Positions 36,445 through 42,545 of a stretch of DNA of 42,545 nucleotides are shown one piece after another (the first letter of the stretch is position 1; each line of letters opens with the position of its first letter). The position numbers and the translations under genes are program-made. A model generated the notes under the pieces. It did not search any database. It saw nothing but the letters and a program-made list of their open reading frames with translations, and had not been told where the DNA came from. The DNA is from Octopus bimaculoides (lineage: Eukaryota): the NCBI RefSeq assembly GCF_001194135.2, contig NC_068990.1, positions 9,212,644 through 9,255,188 on the forward strand, written 5' to 3'.

Positions 36445-36670
36445 TATACTAGCTCTACGGACATGTGATTAGAACGTTGCAGGAAAGAATTACTAGCCGA
36501 GCCAAGAGGCAAGTCCGAGGGTAGACGAAAAACGAGATGGTTGGGCAATATCCATAGTCTCAGTTGGTCACGCTTGGAATCCAGCTGGAAAGTGAAAGGA
36601 TGGTTGCTCTTGACTGGATCCTATGGAGGAGACGCGTGAAGATAGTTGGATATTTGGAAAATCTCCGTAT
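36445..36670 (+). pseudogene. RTE-clade LINE ORF C-terminal remnant
   Basis: LYGHVIRTLQERIT...RG*TKTRWLGNIHSLSWSRL and frameshifted VALDWILWRRR resemble the RTE end (WFGHV.R...RGRP.TRW). Confidence 0.6.
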
Positions 36671-36710
36671 CTAAGACATAATGTTACACATTTTCTCTCT
36701 CATTCACCCA

Positions 36711-36781
<71 letters not shown>

Positions 36782-36884
36782 TCTCTCTCGCATACATATA
36801 CAGGTTCACCATACCCTTTCCACAGCATATATTTTTTACATCACAAGAATCTATCATTCTACTTTAATATAATATAGTATAATA

Positions 36885-36934
36885 CATACATACATACATA
36901 CATACATACATACATACATACATACATACATACA
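36885..36934. repeat. (CATA)n microsatellite, one of many (TA, CA, CT, AAT, CAT, GCAC) tracts in the window
   Basis: Directly visible. Most N gaps abut such tracts, and most long ORF-track entries are translated microsatellites or Ns. Confidence 0.95.
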
Positions 36935-38512
36935 TGCATGCATACACACATATATATGCGTGTGTGTGTGTATACACGCAGACACAGACAGACAGTCACA
37001 CACACATATGCATATAGGTACATATATAAAATATATTTAGATTCAGTTGAATTAGTTACTTAAATTGAGGCGTCTTGTTAGGACGAACTTATTTGCACTC
37101 AGACAATATTAGGTGATTATCAAACTCTACATAGAAGGATTGAAGTATGATAGTAACAGATCGTAGAGGGTATAATAAGTTTGTTTGTACAGGGCAACAA
37201 TAAATATGAAAAAATGACTGAAGAAACATTTTTCATGCTTTAGACTTGGGCATAAAGCTAACAGTATCTCATTTTCTACGAAAATCTGGGAATATCGATT
37301 TCAGTCTTAAATGGGATTTAGTGCGTAGAGCTCAACCATACACAAATAGCCGATATGAATGTAGACGTTGTTCTATGGAATTATATGAAATTTTATATAT
37401 AGAGATAAGAACAACTTAATTTATAATAAATTAGATCTTAGACTGTCATGTGCTCATAAGATTACCTGTACTTTTAGATACTTTAGAAGCTGAGAATTAT
37501 TTAGTATATCATATATTTTTTCGATGACTTAACATTCTTCTCTTTAACCCCTTTGATTGATTAAATCTTAGTAATAATAATATATACCTATCCAATCCTA
37601 GTGGCGAATCTATTCCATCACGGTTAATATAAATATACTACTTTTTCCTAAGGGGTCCTTAATTTTCAAATATCCCCTAATTAAAAAATATGCCCTCTAT
37701 GATCTGTAACTATCATATCTCAATCCTTGTTCTTCGCTGTATTTTAAATATATTTTCTTAACCTGCTTCTGTTGATAATTTTAATTCTATTTTATCTCTA
37801 TTATAATCCGATATACTTAGGCCTTTTTCCATCTAGCATTAATAATTAATTAATATTCTGATTATAACTATTTATATAACAATTCTATTATAATATATTC
37901 TTTACTTTCATTGTATAATACCTTATTTCCTTTTTATATATCTTAGTATAGCATCATTTATTGGCTTACTTTTATAAAATAAAAAAAAAATCTGGAACAT
38001 AAAAATGTCAATTAGTAAAAAATATAAACCATTGATGCGGTGTCTATTTACTTCTGTCATGTTTGTGTATCTGTACCTGTGATCAAGATAAGTATTAGGA
38101 AGTAGGCTCACGCTAAGTTCTGTGAAACTGAAGTCATAAAGGTGGAACAAGACACTTTAAGACACCCTCTTCTTTGAGTTGTAAAGCAGAGGATCCCCGT
38201 CCTTCGGAGCTCTCTCTGCTAAATCCATTGCTCACACGTACATAGTATTGGATGGTTATACACGCACACACACACGCACAAACACAAACTGAACTGGACT
38301 ATTCATGCTGTGTCGTTTCACCGTACATTGAGCCTTTTTATGAACAACCCTCGGTCTGATGATTGGCTTTATGTTTGAAAATCTGTTTAATGAGCTTTGA
38401 AGTGGCCTGACCTCAGTGTACTTAATAAATTTACTTTGGCATCAGATACTGAGTACTTCTCACTTTGTCTGTATCTGTAACACTATTTTTCAAGTAGAAA
38501 TACCTACCACTC

Positions 38513-38598
<86 letters not shown>

Positions 38599-38981
38599 TG
38601 CAAGTATAACAAGTACTTGTCATGACCACTCACGCATGTGAGTGTGTGCTTGTATGCACATAAACGCATACGTACACATCCTTAATTGTTTATAATCACA
38701 AAATAATATATGTGGTTCTGTGTATATGTACGTATGTATGTATATGCTGTGTGTGCGTGTGTGAATTACTTTTATATGTTAAGAGAAATATCATATATGT
38801 CATATATTAGTACATACCATACACATTCCTGAACAGGCTTTGCCACTTAATTTTTCTCTCATATTTATACATACCCACACAAACTTTCTGTCTCTCTGTC
38901 TCCCTCTATCTCTATCTCTCACACACACAGGTGTGTTCATATGCAAACACGTAGGCACATACAGATGCTTATACAGACATA

Positions 38982-39051
<70 letters not shown>

Positions 39052-39210
39052 NNNNNNNNNNNNNNNNNNNNNNNNNNNNNNNNNNNNNNNNNNNNNNNNN
39101 NNNNNNNNNNNNNNNNNNNNNNNNNNNNNNNNNNNNNNNNNNNNNNNNNNNNNNNNNNNNNNNNNNNNNNNNNNNNNNNNNNNNNNNNNNNNNNNNNNNN
39201 NNNNNNNNNN

Positions 39211-39265
<55 letters not shown>

Positions 39266-40048
39266 ACGCATAAATATTAAAGAATTCCTCCCAGGAGACT
39301 GTCAGGAGACAGAACGAGTTTATAAACGTACAGTAGCCCCGGAGTTAGATGTTTTCCTTAAAGTAGAATTTCTAAATCTAAATCAGGAGAATGCTTTTAT
39401 CTAAAATGTTTTAAAAGTTTGATAGTGCGCTAGATTGATCAATAGATAGATTGGAAGCAAGTTGTGGAATATTAATAGGATTAGCCTGTGGTCTTTGTAT
39501 TCTTTAAGGAAAATATTTTTAATTCCTTCATAATCTTCGTAGAGGTCTTTTTGTTTGTTTGCTTTTAGGTTTACTTGTTTTGTAAACTTAATACTTTAAA
39601 AATTGTAGACGTATTTATATGAAAATTGAAATGTGCATTATTTTGTTGGGAACAATTTTGTAAAGTGCACAGCTCGCACACTTCCAGATGGACAGTAAAT
39701 CTGGCGTTAAAAGTTCGAACAGAATGTTTTGAAATAACTAAACACTTAGAAACTGATAAATAACGATATGGGTACAAGAAAGCTCTTTGACTGAGGGTAG
39801 TACGAAATTATATTCTGTATACTTTGTCGCTTAATCAGAAAGGAGAAGGCTTTTGCCGAGTCTCCAAGACAGGTGTGAGAAAATTGAATATTCCACCCTT
39901 AATGTATGGGTTATCGTCTAACCGAAGACTTAACCCAAATGTTCTCTGGAAAACGATACTGCTAAAAAGCGTGATGGATTAGTTCCACGACCTTAGTATG
40001 TTTTCAACAATAAACCTTATCTCATTGAGATCCTTCCCGAGTAATATT

Positions 40049-40260
40049 GACTCATAGGGCCGGTTTTCCGGTTTCTGTGGCGCATATACTCCAGCGTAAC
40101 GGGACGCCAGTCCGTCGCAGAAATACTCTTTTGCTAGCTGAATGGACTGGAGCAATGTAAAATGAAATGTTTTGCTCAAGAGCATAATGCGTCGTCCGGT
40201 CCAGAAACACTTAAACCAATCATGAGTCCAACACCCTAACCACTAAGCTACGCGCCTCCA
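40049..40260 (-). mobile_element. tRNA-derived SINE with CORE-like and V-domain-like segments
   Basis: Minus strand tggaggcgcgtagcttagtggttagggtgttggactcatg...cttgagcaaaacatttc...ttgctccagtcc...ctgcgacggactggcgtcccgt...gaaaaccggccctatgagtc. Confidence 0.65.
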
Positions 40261-41825
40261 ATGAGGCAGTGATTTTGTTCTTAAAATTTATACCATTGCT
40301 TATGATGATGGAATTTTTTTCCGGTAGTCCAATATGAATTCAACAAAGAAAGTTAAAAAATCGTCAATATTACAATGCTACCTCTGTTTCTAAAAGTTGA
40401 GCTATTCTTTAACACCAATATGCTGAAGAATGTCTGAGGTCAAAACATCATTTTGGTCTCAGACGTAACGTAGTGCTTAATAACGTAGTTATTAAGTACA
40501 AGCCAGACGATCAAAGATCACTTTAATAAACATGGGTGAGTCAAATGGTTAAAGACCTCTTCGATTAGAGTGATACAGCTTAATGGGGGTCCATAAATGC
40601 TCTATAGATTATCTATTTCGATAAGTTCTCCGAGATAAGAGAACAGTACTCTTATGCAGAGCACATTTTGTCTATACAGTTAGCAAGTGTTCTGCACCAA
40701 AATTAGTTATAATTGTGCCAAAAAGTTTAGACTTGTGGCCACTTGAATTATGTGTTTCCATTTGCAAAAGTCACCAGGAGTAGTAAGACGGGGTTAGTAT
40801 GTTAGTTTTTCTCATGTACTGTAGCTATTTGCTTTAGTAATTACAGAAAATAATTTCAGGGTGTGTTTTGTCTTCATTTGAAAACGCCTTCCACTAAGCG
40901 TTGCCACACTTGAAATAAAAAATAGATATGTGATAAAGTGTCTGTTGCAGGTCAGCTGTTTTAATAATTATAGAATTATGTAGGTGAAAGGATACTTCAT
41001 GATTAAAACACGGATTAATTAAAGTTTAAGCTTTAGTAACCTTGTTGAGCGATTGGCTTCTAAATATTACGGCAAGTTAAAGCGGTGAGCTGGCCAACTC
41101 TCACCAACATAAATGTTCAATTTTCATGTAAGTCAACAAGGGTAATTACCCACTTTGTACCTGCCAGAAGTAGTAGTCGAATGACTCTCAAATCACTCCT
41201 TACAGTCAACAATACATTGGAAAATGTATCCTTGATATACCTAAATATCATGTGATTATGGTTAGAAAAATTTAGACTGAATAGTTCTGCTTGATCAAGG
41301 CACCTAATTATCATCCGTTTTATAAATTTCATGACTTTGAAACTATAATAGTTTTGGAATCAATCCTACTACACAACATCTTGGACAAGTATTATATACT
41401 AAAGACTTGGGACAACCAAAACCTTGACGACTAAACCCTTATCCTTCAACAACAAAAGAGCAGTGATTTTGTTCAGTGTATAAGCCCTTCGATTTTCATT
41501 GATCAGTTGTGGTGATCAAATAATAATGTCTTGGAAGTGGATCTGAGACGCACAACAGTAGGTCAAGCACGATATTAATTGTGAAGAAATTACTATTGCA
41601 TTAGTAGACAGAGCTTATCTACTGAACAAAGATCACCGCTCTGTTGGTGTTTCAGGATAAGGTCAGTGGTTTATTTTGCTGTACATGGTATGTTTCTCCA
41701 CTTTGTAGGTAGAAAAATACTCATGCTAGGTATTTATTTATATAAAGGACAGAATCTCGTTCCTCGTGTTTTCATATCGGTGGATTTATTAGTGAACTAG
41801 TCAACTAGTATCATCGAATAGATTC

Positions 41826-42536
41826 AAGATGGCAACAAAGTGCAGACGACCTGCAGGATGGATACTGGGGTCCTTCAAGACAAGAGACTAAGAAACTATG
41901 CTGACCTTGTGGAGAACCTTTGTTCTTAGCCGCCTGGACTACTGTTTCCAGTTATGTTCACCAAATAATGCCAGACTAACAGCGGAGCTAGATGCAGTCC
42001 GAAACAGTGCAGCGGATAAGCAACAGGGATAGGCTGAGAAAACTACCGCTTTACTCTCCGGAGCAAAGACTTGAGAGATATGCAATAATATACCTGTGGA
42101 AAATCGTAGAAGGGCTAGTACCTAACTTTGGCATTAAATGTTATACAACTTCAGAACTGGCCACCATTGTATTGTACCAAAGTTACCATCCACTCCATCT
42201 AAACTCTGGACTAGGTATTGCAATAGTCTAGGGTTCATAGGCCCACAGGTCATAAATGCCCTGCCACAAAAATTAAGAAATTTGCATAAGGTCGAAGTAG
42301 ATGTCTTCAAAAATAGAACTAGACATCCTCCTCTCTACAATACCGGATGAACCAACAGCCCAATATGAAGTACTGACGAGGGAAGCGGAATCAAACTCCA
42401 TTATACACCAAATGTAGCAACAGCTGAGACATACAGGAGTGGTGATGTGAAACACCCAGACTGTGGAAATCAGAAAGTCCATGGTGGTGCTCCAGCATGA
42501 CCACGGCCGCGTGGCCGAAACGAGTAAAAGAGTAAG
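41826..42536 (+). mobile_element. 5'-truncated CR1/L2-group LINE: ORF2 C-terminus (to stop at 42417) plus 3' UTR
   Basis: GWILGSFKTRD*ETMLTLWRTFVLSRLDYCFQLCSP...RLERYAIIYLWKIVEGLVPNFG...GPQVINALPQKLRNL...DILLSTIPDEP, with one stop and frameshifts. Confidence 0.9.
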
Positions 42537-42545
42537 GTATATATA

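Noticed and set aside
37500-37980. AT-rich region that looked like a mitochondrial insertion (NUMT)
   Set aside because: The frames I translated are full of TAA/TAG stops and show no mitochondrial protein, tRNA or rRNA motifs.
38352-38412. TGATGA...CTGA box pair or hammerhead core
   Set aside because: Only a 2-bp terminal stem, no valid stem II and no guide target recognised.
39290-39960. Degenerate coding-looking sequence, possibly a Penelope ORF upstream of the 40417 motif
   Set aside because: No RT or GIY-YIG motif could be identified with confidence.
41161-41240. 80-nt minus-strand exon candidate (YIKDTFSNVLLTVRSDLRVIRLLLLA)
   Set aside because: Weak acceptor and donor (gtacaa), unrecognised peptide and no partner exons.

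Overview
AT-rich, microsatellite-dense eukaryotic DNA with seven N gaps. The SINE repertoire suggests an Octopus genome (inference, not verified by search). The only host gene I can support is the 3' end of the splicing factor SF3A3 (SAP61/Prp9): three small + strand exons (3748-3838, 16836-16891, 22521-22598) separated by introns of about 13 kb and 5.6 kb. None is called correctly by the ORF track. The rest is transposon-derived: four tRNA-type SINE families, RTE and CR1/L2-group LINE remnants, a decayed Ty3/Gypsy pol, a Helitron cluster, and mariner-, hAT-, piggyBac- and Harbinger-like MITEs. The most interesting observations are (i) a LINE 3' tail and the commonest SINE tail sharing a stem-loop kept by compensatory changes, (ii) hammerhead-ribozyme relics of the Penelope type, (iii) three long hairpins plus inverted repeat pairs and candidate poison microexons in the SF3A3 introns, and (iv) an approximately 830-bp foldback element. 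Family names and protein similarities come from recalled consensus motifs, not database searches. TE boundaries are approximate.
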